DNA from: Felis catus
Lineage: Eukaryota
Length of the DNA stretch: 64,000 bases
Reading direction: 5' to 3'
Assembly (NCBI RefSeq): GCF_018350175.1
Contig: NC_058368.1
Coordinates: 163,062,001 to 163,126,000, forward strand
Part shown: positions 1 through 11,320 of the stretch, in pieces
How positions within the stretch are numbered: the stretch's first letter is position 1
Layout of the letters: every line of letters begins with the position of its first letter
Position numbers and translations under genes: made by a program
Notes under the pieces: model-generated
Databases searched by the model: none
Seen by the model: only the letters and a program-made list of their open reading frames with translations
What the model was told of the DNA's origin: nothing

Positions 1-64
1 TAAAGATGTAGAGCCTGCTTGGGATTCTCTCTCCCTCTGTTTCTTCCCTCCCTGGCTCACTCTC
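1..64 (+). mobile_element. 3' part of an older-type CAN-SINE, cut by the window start
   Basis: GAGCCTGCTTGGGATTCTCTCTCCCTCTG..CCCTCCCTGGCTCACTCTC matches the CAN-SINE 3' body and runs into an A-rich tail. Confidence 0.8.
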
Positions 65-66
65 GA

Positions 67-134
<68 letters not shown>

Positions 135-136
135 AA
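65..136 (+). repeat. (GAAA)18 tetranucleotide microsatellite at the SINE tail position
   Basis: Perfect GAAA array counted directly. Confidence 0.97.
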
Positions 137-443
137 AAGACTTTTAAAAAAAGAAACTTAAATACTTAAATTCTGGTAAGCAGTTAGGGTTTCAAATACC
201 TCCCTGTTAAAATTAAGTTATTTATAAGAAACAAGTATACAGAAAAGAATAAATATTGAATCTTATGGAAGTCTTCACTGTGAAGGTACTATTGAGTTTG
301 AATGGTTACAGGAGTGAAGGCAATCCAGTCCAGGTGAGGCAAGAAGAATATGAAAAACCCTAGACATGAAATATAATAAAGCCATCTCCTCTCTATCCAT
401 TCACTCAAGCTTTAGTTCATGCCCTCCTCTTTCTTCAAATCAA

Positions 444-1152
444 TGAGGTTTTGGAGTGGTGACGGGGTTTGGAGCTGATGGCCAAGAAAGAATTCTTGAA
501 GACATCTTCGGTGCAAAACAGTGATTTTATTAAAGCACGGGGAAAGGACCCGTGGGCAGAAAGAGCTGCACTGGGATTGTGAAGAATGAGAGGTTCTATA
601 CTGTGGATTTGGGGGAAATAAAGTCAAAAGGGAGGCCTCCAGAAGGACTTTTGTATGCTAAAGAGGATTCCTAAAATACCTGAGGCCTTGCTATTGTCAG
701 GCTAAGGTTGTTTTCCCTCTAGTAAGGCATTAACATTTTGACAGTAGGGAGTTACTGGAGAAATGTCATACCCAGTATTTGTCAGTGGGCAGGTTATAAA
801 GAAATTTAACTTTACCTGCCATTTCTTTTTTGCCTTTGTTCCCCACATCACTATGGAGGGAAAGGTGATACAGACTCAGTTTTCTGGGGCCCCTAATAGG
901 TTTCTGGAGATTAGGCTATTGATAACATTGCCTTTTTCTTATAATTTACTAAGATATTTGTAAACTGATGGAGACTCATGTCCTGCACGACTGTGATCTC
1001 TATCAGTGAACCATTTGTTTTCTTACCTTTCCTTTGTTCTTTGGCAGCCAGGAGTGCCTGAGGAATATCACACATTTTCTACCTGGGTGGGGAGAGAGGG
1101 GGAGCGGTTTGCTAGCTTATGCTTGGCCTTCAACTTGCCTTAAGGTCCTTCA
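444..1152 (-). mobile_element. Solo LTR, ERV1-like
   Basis: TG...CA termini (TGAGG...CTTCA) with a 4-bp TSD TCAA at 440-443 and 1153-1156. Minus-strand AATAAA at 526-531, with a TATA-like element near 594-600 upstream of it on the minus strand. The flanks rejoin into a continuous L2-like sequence. Confidence 0.8.
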
Positions 1153-1450
1153 TCAAAACTACTTCAAAAATCTTTTAACTGATGCTCCCCACCTCCATCC
1201 CTAATCTTAGACATGCATATCCCAATTAACTCTGTACTCTGCAGCCAGTGATTATCTATCTGTCTATAACCTGGGCACTTAATCTTCAGCCCACAGTGCA
1301 AACAGTGCATAGTGCTCCTCTGGGGAGAAGGAAAGATGGTCAGGGAAGCAGTCTGCCTCCTTCTCTAGTTGAATGACATCCACAAGGGCTTCCTTTTGCT
1401 GCCCAATTTCTCATAGAAAAGTTGTAGATGCCTGCCATTCCCAGATGGTA

Positions 1451-1479
1451 GGGGAGGGGGAGGGGTGGAGAGGGGAGGG
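1451..1479 (+). other. G-quadruplex-forming motif
   Basis: GGGGAGGGGGAGGGGTGGAGAGGGGAGGG has five runs of at least three G with short loops. Confidence 0.6.
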
Positions 1480-4400
1480 TGACAGAGGAGGATAGTATTT
1501 TCAATTCCTTGTTACCGGTGAACCTAAATACATAGCACAGCAAGCAAGGATCTAGACAGGTCTTTACTTAAGTTTCAGAGGATAAAAATGCAAATTGTGT
1601 TGAGTGGGAAGGTGGGGCCAGGGTGGACATGGGATAGCTTTGTATCCCTAGTTTATTGAGTTACCATCCTTGAAGGTCCCTTCCTAGACCTTCAGCATGT
1701 CTCCACGTGGATGTTCCCTCCAATGGCAGAGTGACTCCTCATGGACCCCTTCCTCTCTCTTCCTTGTGCTGTCCTCTTCTTGACTCCCCTGTGCTTGGAG
1801 TTTTTACTACTTCCCCCTCCCTTCTTAGATAGTGGACTTTTACCCAACAGTTATCAGGCTTCTGGCCTCTTTTTAGGTCTCGGAAATCTTTATGGTCTCC
1901 AAGTTGTATGATGAGGGTTGCTGGTTGTGAGTTGTGCATCAGTCCTAGACATTCTCTCTCTATTCACTTCTACTGCTGGTTAAGGGGAGAAGGGGAGTTT
2001 CCAGTTTTGAGGAGAAGAGGTGAGAGAGGACTTTGGGAGTGACTATTTTACATTGCACCTTAATTTTATTTTTGTTTTGTTTTTCTTAAGAGGTATCTCT
2101 TAAAAAAAATCAGAGATCTTATCCTACAAGGGTTATTCTCTAGCCCATAATAGTCACCAAGTCTATATAGGGCATTCATATCCCCTCTCCTAGAGTAATG
2201 TTTATCCTCATTTTGCTTTAAAAAAAATAAACATGTTCCTACCAAACTGAATAGCATTATAAGTTCTTCTTCCATTAACCTAGCCCTGGAATGTGTGATG
2301 TTCAGTCACACCTTCTCAAGTGCTAGTATCCTCTACCGCAACTGCAGAACAAGGACAGTTCTATGACATATCCTGCCACATGACCAACCTACTTAAAATC
2401 TCCAAGTTTCCTCATTTCTCATTAAGACTGAATATGCCCCTTGAGGGGGGCAGCCTCCGCTCAGCTACAACCAGCTGTTGTAATGAGCAAATGCAGAGTC
2501 CTCGTGGTAAATTTCCAAGATAAGTCAGAAAAAAGCTGAGGTTTTTAGTGAAATATCTCTATATTTAAATGTTGAGTGACATAATCAAAAAATACAAAAC
2601 TGAAACAAAAAAAAATTACAGAAAAGCACATCTTCAATCTCTGACCTAAAGGATCAAGTCATCAAACTTCTTATCAGAGCCCAGGCTGTGAGCAAGAACT
2701 GGCCTCTGTCTCCTCTCTGGTCCCATCTCTAGTTGCTTTCTATAAATAGTGAATGCAACAGCATTCATTTAACTGATAAAATTAAGTTTAATATTGATAT
2801 TAAACTTATTTTGCAGTTCCCACCTCATATGCTTTTGGAAGTATTATCTCCTCTATCTCGAGTCCACTGACAAATATTATCTACCTGGAAAATTCCTATT
2901 CATGTATCAAAACATTTTGGAGTGCAGTCTCCACATTGAAGCCATTCGTGGTCAGACCTTCAAAATCATTCTCTCTGCTATATTACCTCTGTACCAATAC
3001 ATAGTTCTAATTATTATTAGTTCCCATTTATTGAATGCCTATTTTACTCCAGAGATGATAAAACAAAGATTTTTTAGGAAAAGTAAAAGAGTCTATTTAA
3101 AGCCATAAAATTAAAGCAAGACCTGGGACTGTAAATAATCAAAGACTATCTAGCTTCAATGTCTACATCCATTATCTGCTACTACATTCTACCTCTTGTT
3201 TCTGCATATTTTATTTGTTTATATCAGTTCCCTCAGCCCCTTAACTGGGATTAACTGAAAACAGAAACAATGTTTTATTCATTTTTGTAGCACCAGTACC
3301 TGGAATGTAATATACATTCACTGTATTTGTTGAGTTGAGCTGAACTGTGTTTTCAATGCAAATCATATCACTTTTATTTGGTACTGCTCTATCTTCTTTT
3401 CACTGACTAATGCTTGATATTTATCTAAATTTATCTTCTTCATTTTTGGTCATTAAAAAGAAGTTCAGTGTGATGTTTTTCAAATTCACTATCTTCCAAA
3501 AGAAGAATGAACCAAAAGGTGGGACTGCCATCACTTTAATAGTGATGTACTTGATTCAAGTGACCATCTCTGGGCATGGTTTGAGAAGCAGGATATTAGC
3601 TTTCTATTTTCCCAAACTCCAAATCCTGACTTAGCAGGAAGAGGCCCACATTTGGGAAAGAAATTTTGACTTCAAGTAAACATATTTCAGCTACTGTTGG
3701 CATGTCTTTTCTATATCCTAAAGGATTTTCACAGATAAGGTCAGTTGTGATTGTCTTCTTCTATAAGCTACTGATGAAGATAAGTGTTTTCTTCATGTAT
3801 AGGAAGGTGACCTAATTTACTTGTAGTTGATAAAGCATATATGCAATTTGAGTTATTTCCAGCAAGGAGTAACAATTTGTGCTCAACCATTTCAGTCTCC
3901 CAAAGATTCCCACAAGAGGAAAAACATGGCCTAAGGGAAAGATAGAGTCTGACTTCATAAAAACCCTCAGTGGATAAAATCTGTGACTGTAATCTTAATA
4001 CACCAGGCTCAAATCCAGTGTTTAATTACCTTTTCTCTTCCCCAGCATCCCTAAGGAAACCCATATATTTTCATCCACAAGGTTGGCTAGAATTTTCAGC
4101 ATGGGAGGAAAGGGAGTTGGGGAGGAAGAGAGACTCACCTAAGAAGCCACAAGAGAATATCAGGAGGATGTGTGGCACTTGATTCTACCGTGACTAGAAT
4201 CACATTAATTCTATCAACCATGTTATTCTAATCAAGCTTTCTCATGATGCATTGATTCCCAGCCTCCTGTTGAGAATATCCCTCTCACACAGAGAGGTTT
4301 TATTCCAGTGGAGGATTTGAATACAGTGTTCCCTTAGGGACATTCATTTCTGAGATTGAACTGAAATGTGTGAATAGATTACTACTAACAGATTTACTTT

Positions 4401-5153
4401 GAAGTATTATGAGAATAACTCTCCTGAGATGCTGAAAATACTTCAGTCTCTACATTTTGGTAAAAAGAGGTGAGTATTCCACTTCAAAAATAAGGAAGAT
4501 GGGGTTCTTTTAGGTTGTTTTTAACTGTAAGTACTCATTAAAATGTCACAACCAAATGCTTTCTTTCTTTTCCTTTCCTCATAAAGGCCTAAGTGAGGTA
4601 AGAGTTTGTCCCCAGCCCAGCAGTTTAGTCACCTACTCTGGTAAAGAAAGCTTCTCACTCGGCCTCTAATCTTCCTATGCCTTTTCTTACACATAATGAA
4701 TGTAATGATTTTCTTACATATCATGAATCATGCCTAGAACAGTATTTTTTCTATTCTAAATTTTTAAAGCCAAGTTTCAGGTGAAGTTATCTTGCTCTTT
4801 GAGATTCAAATAAAATTTGGTTTGAGCAAAATGCAACGTTTCCAAAGGTCTCCAATAATCCTGTGGACTGCTAGGACCTTAATGTCATTGCTGCTGCTTA
4901 GAGTACCTCAGTCTGTCTGCAGATTGGCTATGCCTCATAGCCCCTACCAATAGACTCCACGGACTCCCTACACAGTGCTGGTGACTCATTCTTTACAGCA
5001 ATGGTTCTCAAAGTGTTATCTGGTACCAGCAGCAATAGCATGACCAGGGAACTTGTTAGAAATGCACATTCTTTGGCTGACACCCAGGCTACTGAGTCAG
5101 AATCCCTGGGGGCAGGACCCAGCAATATACATTTTAATAAACCTTAGTTGATT

Positions 5154-5814
5154 TTTTTCTTCAAGTTTTTATTTAAATTCCAGTTCGTTAACATACAATA
5201 TAATATTAATTTCAGGTGTAGAATTCAGTGACTCATCACTTACAAACAATGCCCGCTGCTCACCACAAGTGCCTTCCTTAACAGTCATCACTCATTTAAC
5301 CCATCCCCTCTACCACCTCCCCTCCAGTAACCCTTAGTTTGTTCTCTGTAGTTAAGGGTCTGTTTCCTGGTTTGCCTCTCTTTTTTCTCCTATGTTCACC
5401 TGTTTTGTTCTTAAATTCCACATGTGAATGAATTCATCAAAACTACAATGAGATATCACCTCACACAAACCAGAATGACTAAAATTAACAACACAGGAAA
5501 CAACAGGTTTTGGCAAAGATGCAGAGAAAGAGGAACCCTCTTATCCTCTTACACTGTTGGTGGGAATGCAAACTGGTGTAGCTACTCTGGAAAACAATAT
5601 GGAGGCCCCTCAAAAAGTTAAAAAAGAGAACTACCCTATGATCCAGCAATTTAACTACTAGGTATTTACCCAAAGGATACAAAAATACTGATTCAAAGGG
5701 ACACATGCATCCGATATTTACAGGAGCATTACTAGGAGCAACAATAGCCAATTATCGAAAGAGCCCAAATGTCCATTGACTGATGAATGGATAAAGAAGA
5801 TATGGTGTGTGTAT

Positions 5815-5877
<63 letters not shown>

Positions 5878-5987
5878 ATGGAATATTAGTCATAAAAAAG
5901 AATGAAACCTTGCCATTTGCAATGATGTGGATGGAGTTTGAGAGTATTACAGTAAGTGAAATAAGTCAGTCAGAGAAAGACAAAATC
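5154..5987 (-). mobile_element. 5'-truncated, 5'-inverted carnivore L1: 3' end on the minus strand (about 5154-5435), inverted ORF2-end segment on the plus strand (about 5436-5987)
   Basis: Poly-T and reverse L1 3'UTR, then plus-strand L1 ORF2 C-terminal sequence ([21 protein letters not shown]). Perfect 14-bp TSD AACCTTAGTTGATT at 5140-5153 and 5988-6001. Confidence 0.92.
5811..5876. repeat. (CATA)n/(TA)n microsatellite inside the L1
   Basis: Read directly. Confidence 0.9.
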
Positions 5988-6040
5988 AACCTTAGTTGAT
6001 TCTGATACTCAGTAAAATTTAAGAATCACTGCTTTAGAAG

Positions 6041-6210
6041 AGAATTGCTCAAAGTGTGGTCCTTAGACCTACAGCATCAGATGAACTGAGAGCTTATTAA
6101 AATTCAAAATTTCTGACCATACCCTAAACTCACAGCATCAGAGTCTCAGAATTCTGTTTTCACAAGCTCTCCAGGTAATTCTCATGCTTGCTGAAGTTTT
6201 GAAAGCACTA
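6041..6210 (+). mobile_element. Second MER5-family MITE directly after the first
   Basis: CTCAAAGTGTGGTCC...CAGCATCAG...ACAAGCTCTCCAGGTAATTCTCATGC...AAGTTTTGAAAGCACT. Confidence 0.75.
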
Positions 6211-8365
6211 CTTGAAAGCATCTCCTTTCACTATATCAGTCATTCCTGGTGCTCCTCACCTAGTTTCTTTTTAGCACAGAAACACAAAGACTCAAGACCC
6301 CATAACACAGTTCTTTCACATTTTTGCCTTCCCCTCCTTGCCAATACATACAGGTCCTGCTAACCTTCTAGATGTGATGGATTGAACACTACAAGGGCTT
6401 GCTGATGAGTCTAGCCTACCCTGACAGATCATTTCTTTACACAAAGGAGTATTTCTCTCTAGTGGCCAATAGCATCCCCAAGAATTCAATGACAGTTAAA
6501 AAGACTTTGCCTGTGCAGAGCACAAAGAAAAAACAAAAATTACTTCTGGAATAGGTACTGGAGAAAGTTTGTCAAACCACATACAAACAGCATTGATGAG
6601 TCTCAGCACTGACTCAACCAAAATACACTGTTACAAATTGAAGGATGGAAGAAATACTCAGAAAGAAATGACCAAATGTGAATATAGTGGGTTTGGTTTG
6701 TCTTTGTAAACTGTATTGCATTTTATTTGATGGGATGGCAAATTTTCAACAGAAACAGAAAATACACAAACAATAAGGTACAAAAAAGGAATTCACTGTG
6801 TCTCCAGTTCTTCTCTCCATAAAGGCACAAATGGAAGCAACAGATTCAAAATAACCCAGGAGGCCTTACATTGGGGATGTAGAAGATTGCTTTGGAAGGC
6901 TGAGAGGGCTGCTTTTAGAGCAGATAATGATTAAAAGGATGGAGCAAGAAGTCAATCCACTTAGTAAAGAGAAGGCCGTACAAAGATTGGGATTGGGTCA
7001 GCATGGAGAATTTCATTTCTCATATGCAATTTAATGACAAGGTTATTGCAAGTCCTTTCCTAGTAGTTAGTTTGCATTACAATAACTTCCGAGTCAGCAT
7101 CATAGATGGCTAAGAGATATATGCTATCATTTAGCTATTATAGAGGTTCTAAGAGAACTTGGAGGGAATCTGCCAAATCAAAAAATACTTTGCACAGCTA
7201 GTCACTTGGAGAATACATAAATTTTGGCACTGGCTTGAATGTCACATGGTGGGCCCACAGATTTAACTCTGTGCTCCTCCAGCAGAGTTCTGTGCACACA
7301 TTAGGGTTATAATAAATGACCAAAAAGCAAACCGGTATTATTTGAATTTTATTGAAATATTTGAATTTATATCTAAATATAATTATATATACATACACAT
7401 CTAAAAGAGGTGTAAGTTTTTAAAGTTTACTCCTGTCAGTATTTTATCAAAAGGTTTTCCTTGATTCTTTGCCCTGTTCTTTTCTGCATTGATAATGCAT
7501 ATCTAAAAATTTTAAGGTCTATTTCCTTCCCATGAAAAAAAAATTCTTTATTACATTTAATCTGATTTTAGGAAAGCAGCAGTGTTTCTTATAACACAAG
7601 ATAGTAGATAGAGTCTGTGGTCTCAGTAAATGCAGTCTGTTTTCATTAGCACAGTAATTTGATTCTTTGGGTAGAGGAATGACTAAAATGTATATAATTC
7701 AAAGAAATATTAGGATACACAAATTATTTTCCTAGAACTCAAAAGAGACAAGAATTATTAAAAACAACCATAAGAGCAAAATTAACTGCTAGTGACCAAT
7801 TGATAGAATGACAGACCATAAAGATGGGATGGGAATCCCTGCAGCCTTCAAAATATGTGGTCTTCTCCTTTTTCTTTCTTCTTTTTGATGGTATGTGCAG
7901 GTAGACCTTTACTAACCTTTCTTGTTAAAATATACATAGGTTCCAATAATTCAGTTTCCCCTGAACCTCACATTCATTTCACAGGAGCAGCAGGTTTATA
8001 TGCCATTGGGAATAGAGAATGGAAAAGGGAACACAGGAGAAATAAGCCATGGAAGTAGCTTATAATTTGTCAAGAAATGAGTAAGGGCACCCACTTGTTA
8101 ATCCTATTCGTGCCCCTAAAAACGTTTTGCATAAGAACCTAGGATTAACATCCATTATTACACACTGGGATCTATGACCTAATATTTAGAAAACTCTTAA
8201 TTATCAGAGATAGTAAGACATTTGCTATAATGTGGCAAAGCTCAGAATTCTTCAGGAAGAGCTTTCTACTTAGGGACATATTTCTTGTTGAAGAAAAACA
8301 TCCTCCAAAGAAAGTTTATAAGATAATGTGATGAATTTTTTTTTTGGATTGGCCACAAATAAGTT

Positions 8366-8601
8366 ATTGTTGTTGTTGTTGTTGTTTAATTTTTTTTTAA
8401 CGTTTATTTATTTTGGGGACAGAGAGAGACAGAGCATGAACAGGGGAGGGGCAGAGAGAGAGGGAGACACAGAATCGGAAGCAGGCTCCAGGCTCCGAGC
8501 CATCAGGCCAGAGCCCGACGCGGGGCTCGAACTCACGGTCTGTGAGATCGTGACCTGAGCTGAAGTTGGACGCTTAACCGACTGAGCCACCCAGGAGCCC
8601 C
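8366..8601 (-). mobile_element. CAN-SINE (SINEC_Fc-type), fairly young, with a (CAA)n tail
   Basis: Full-length reverse SINE with retained CpGs. TSD CACAAATAAGTT at 8354-8365 and 8602-8613. Confidence 0.95.
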
Positions 8602-10369
8602 CACAAATAAGTTTTGATTTCAACACGTTCCACAGCTCCCCAGAGTTGAAAAACTAAAGACAGTTCTACAATATCATATTTCAAAAGCAGCACAAGGCTT
8701 AACTGTTAAAGCAGTAAAGTGATTTTTATCTCAGAAGCATACAACATCATGAATAACATTGCCAATCAGAAACAATGAACCAGGGGCACCATTCTGTGTT
8801 GTAGCTAAGCAGGCTAGCTTGATTGTGAATTGTGAACGCAGTCCTGCCTGTTCCACTTAAGCTGACATTTTGTACAGACTAGAAGAAATGTGTGCTATGA
8901 GATCAATAAAGAAGTAATTAAAAGTAAAAGGCTCTTAATGATTGTAAATGAAGCTGAGAACACAAACTTGGATCTCAGTAACCTAGAGTTACGACTCTAG
9001 GGCCATGGTCTGTTAACATCTGCTTGTTGGGTATGAATGTTTTTCTTTCAAAATAGCACTGCTACATGAATCAACAGCTTCCAAAGGAACTATTTCATGC
9101 TATCCAACCTCAGGTCTCAGACTTGAAAAATCTCATTGATCTTTAGTGAAATCTCAGTTATATAAGTAGGAAGTTATTTTTAAAGTCATACCAGATGCTA
9201 CAGTTCCTCCTCATTGCTCCCACATGGATGTATGCTGTTTATTCAGAATTGTGCCAAAAGCCCTGAAATAAAAAAGTTAAGTGGGACTCCTTCACAAACC
9301 TAAAGAACAGATTTGCATGCAATGGGTCTGTAAATATTCCTTTTCATTTTATTATTTGGCTGCTGGCTTTGGAGCTGCCCACACTCATCCACACAAAAAG
9401 AAACCTAAGAGATTTTCCTTAGAAGGCACATGGTTTTCATTCTGGAACTGACAGCAGGAGTTCTTCTTAATTTAAATCATTTTTACAGTCTCCTTACTGA
9501 GACTAAAACATTAACAAATAAACTACAACCCTAGCTCATCACTTTGCCAGAGGAAATGTGAAGTAGTCCAAGATACCAGGAAAAAATCTTTGATAACATA
9601 AAAATGGCACTTAATTTAATCAAATTGGAGCTCAAATTAAAAGAATGTTCTATTACCACAATGTATCCATGTCTCAAAGGGTTCTTTCTATTATGTGTGT
9701 GTTTTTCCCCCATAATATAGAGTTAGAATTTGAAAACTAGCAAAGAAAGCCAAAGGAAAGTTCAGTTATTGGTTCTCACTGAGAAAGTAAGTTTACTTGA
9801 AATATGTTAGAGATAAAATGTTAAAACAACTTAGACTTATGTTTCTCTAAAAAATGTATCTATTCATTGTTGGATTCCTAGTACCTAGAATAGTAGCTTG
9901 GAAGTGCTCATTAATGAATGTACTTTAATTATCAGAAAAATCTCAGTTTTGAAAGCTGTGACTATCCCTCTTTTATTTTCCAAATCAATTGGTGAGCATC
10001 TTGGCTTAGTAATTAAGTCATCACTATTATTACCCACTTTGAAGTTGTAGGTTATGTCACTTATTACTGCTCTAGACATATCCTTTGTGATTAATAACCC
10101 CTATCCAATATTATTTGCCATGTATTTCTATGTAGAACTACCAATACTATTATTTACCATATTTCATATAGAACTACCACTGAATCTTAAAATAAAATTA
10201 AATAATTCCTTATAATTATCTAGTGCCTATGTAATGCTTAGAACAAGTTTTGACCTCCTTGCCAAGGCCTACAAAGCCCTGCATGATTGAGTTCTTGTTT
10301 ATATTTCCAACCTTATCTCCTACAATTCTTCCTTGGGCTCTGTAGGGCAGCTCATTCCTACTTTAGGAA

Positions 10370-11320
10370 TTCTGGTTTTTAAATAATGGTAAAGTAGCTT
10401 GTTTCAGACTAGCCCTCCTGCTAGAAAGGAAAATCTGGGGAAAATTAGAAAATCTGGGGAAAAGTACTCCTGTTTGAAGGCAGGCAGAGTGACAAAATAA
10501 GCATAAACTAAAGGCTATTCAATTTTGGGAGAAGGAAAACACACTGGTTGAGAACCACATTTATATGCTTTTCCCCTAATGGCACTTCCCAGTCTACAGC
10601 CCAGGGTAGGTAGAACTCAAGTAAGACATTATTAGAGAAGAGTCAAAGGAAAGAATTAGGGGCTGCCTGAGTGGCTAAAAATTGAGAGTGGGAAATTCTG
10701 GAAAGGAGAGAGCTACAGAAGAGAAAAACCACTTTCGATGTATACATTTATGTATAATCCCCATTCAAATCCTCAACTGGCTCCCAAACTTCAGATATGT
10801 AGGATGCTGGGGGAAGGCAATGGTTAGCAGAGAATTCAGTGAATTCTCTATACTATACTCATACTATATGGAAGTCAGATTTTGGAACCGGAGTCCTGTT
10901 GAGTTATAGCAGCTTCATAAATACATCAGGGTTTCCATTAACGTCCCAGAAGGACCACACTTTAGAACAAAACCAGATATTAGAGTTAACAGACAAATAA
11001 CCATAATAAATATGTTACAGAATCTATGAGAAAAACTGGATATAATAAGGTGAAGAGATAGGGAATTTCAGAACACATGTGGAATTATGAGATACTAATT
11101 GATAATTATTAAATAAAAATTTGAAGTGGAAAAAATCCCAAATTAAAAATTCAATGGATGAAATTCATAGTAGATTGGATATAATAAAATAAAAGATCAC
11201 TGAACTTGAAGACAGTCCAAAGAAATCATCTATAGTAAAGCACAGAGGGAAGCATGATTGGAAAAATAATGAACAAAGCCTCCATTACTTTGGGACACAT
11301 AGTAATTGGAGTACTAGGTA
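10370..11320 (+). mobile_element. Ancient L1M 5'UTR/ORF1 relic
   Basis: About 11140-11300 translates to decayed ORF1 coiled-coil-like sequence (IKNSMDEIHSRLD...ITELED...NEQSL). The 5' boundary is approximate. Confidence 0.6.

Larger units (their letters stand above)
4999..6031 (+). mobile_element. MER5A (hAT-Charlie MITE) split by an L1 insertion; pieces about 4999-5153 and 5988-6031
   Basis: CAATGGTTCTCAAAGTG...GGAACTTGTTAGAAATGCA...GGACCCAGCAAT resumes after the L1 as GATTCTGAT...TTTAAGAATCACTG. Degenerate 8-bp TSD CTTTACAG / CTTTAGAA. Confidence 0.85.

Noticed and set aside
2435..2453. CTCF-like CCTTGAGGGGGCAGC
   Set aside because: It mismatches at core positions 3-5 and is much weaker than the 54103 site.
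4393..4476. Possible plus-strand exon ending at GAG|GTGAGT
   Set aside because: The donor is good, but the acceptor has no polypyrimidine tract and the open frame (FTLKYYENNSPEMLKILQSLHFGKK) is not recognisable.
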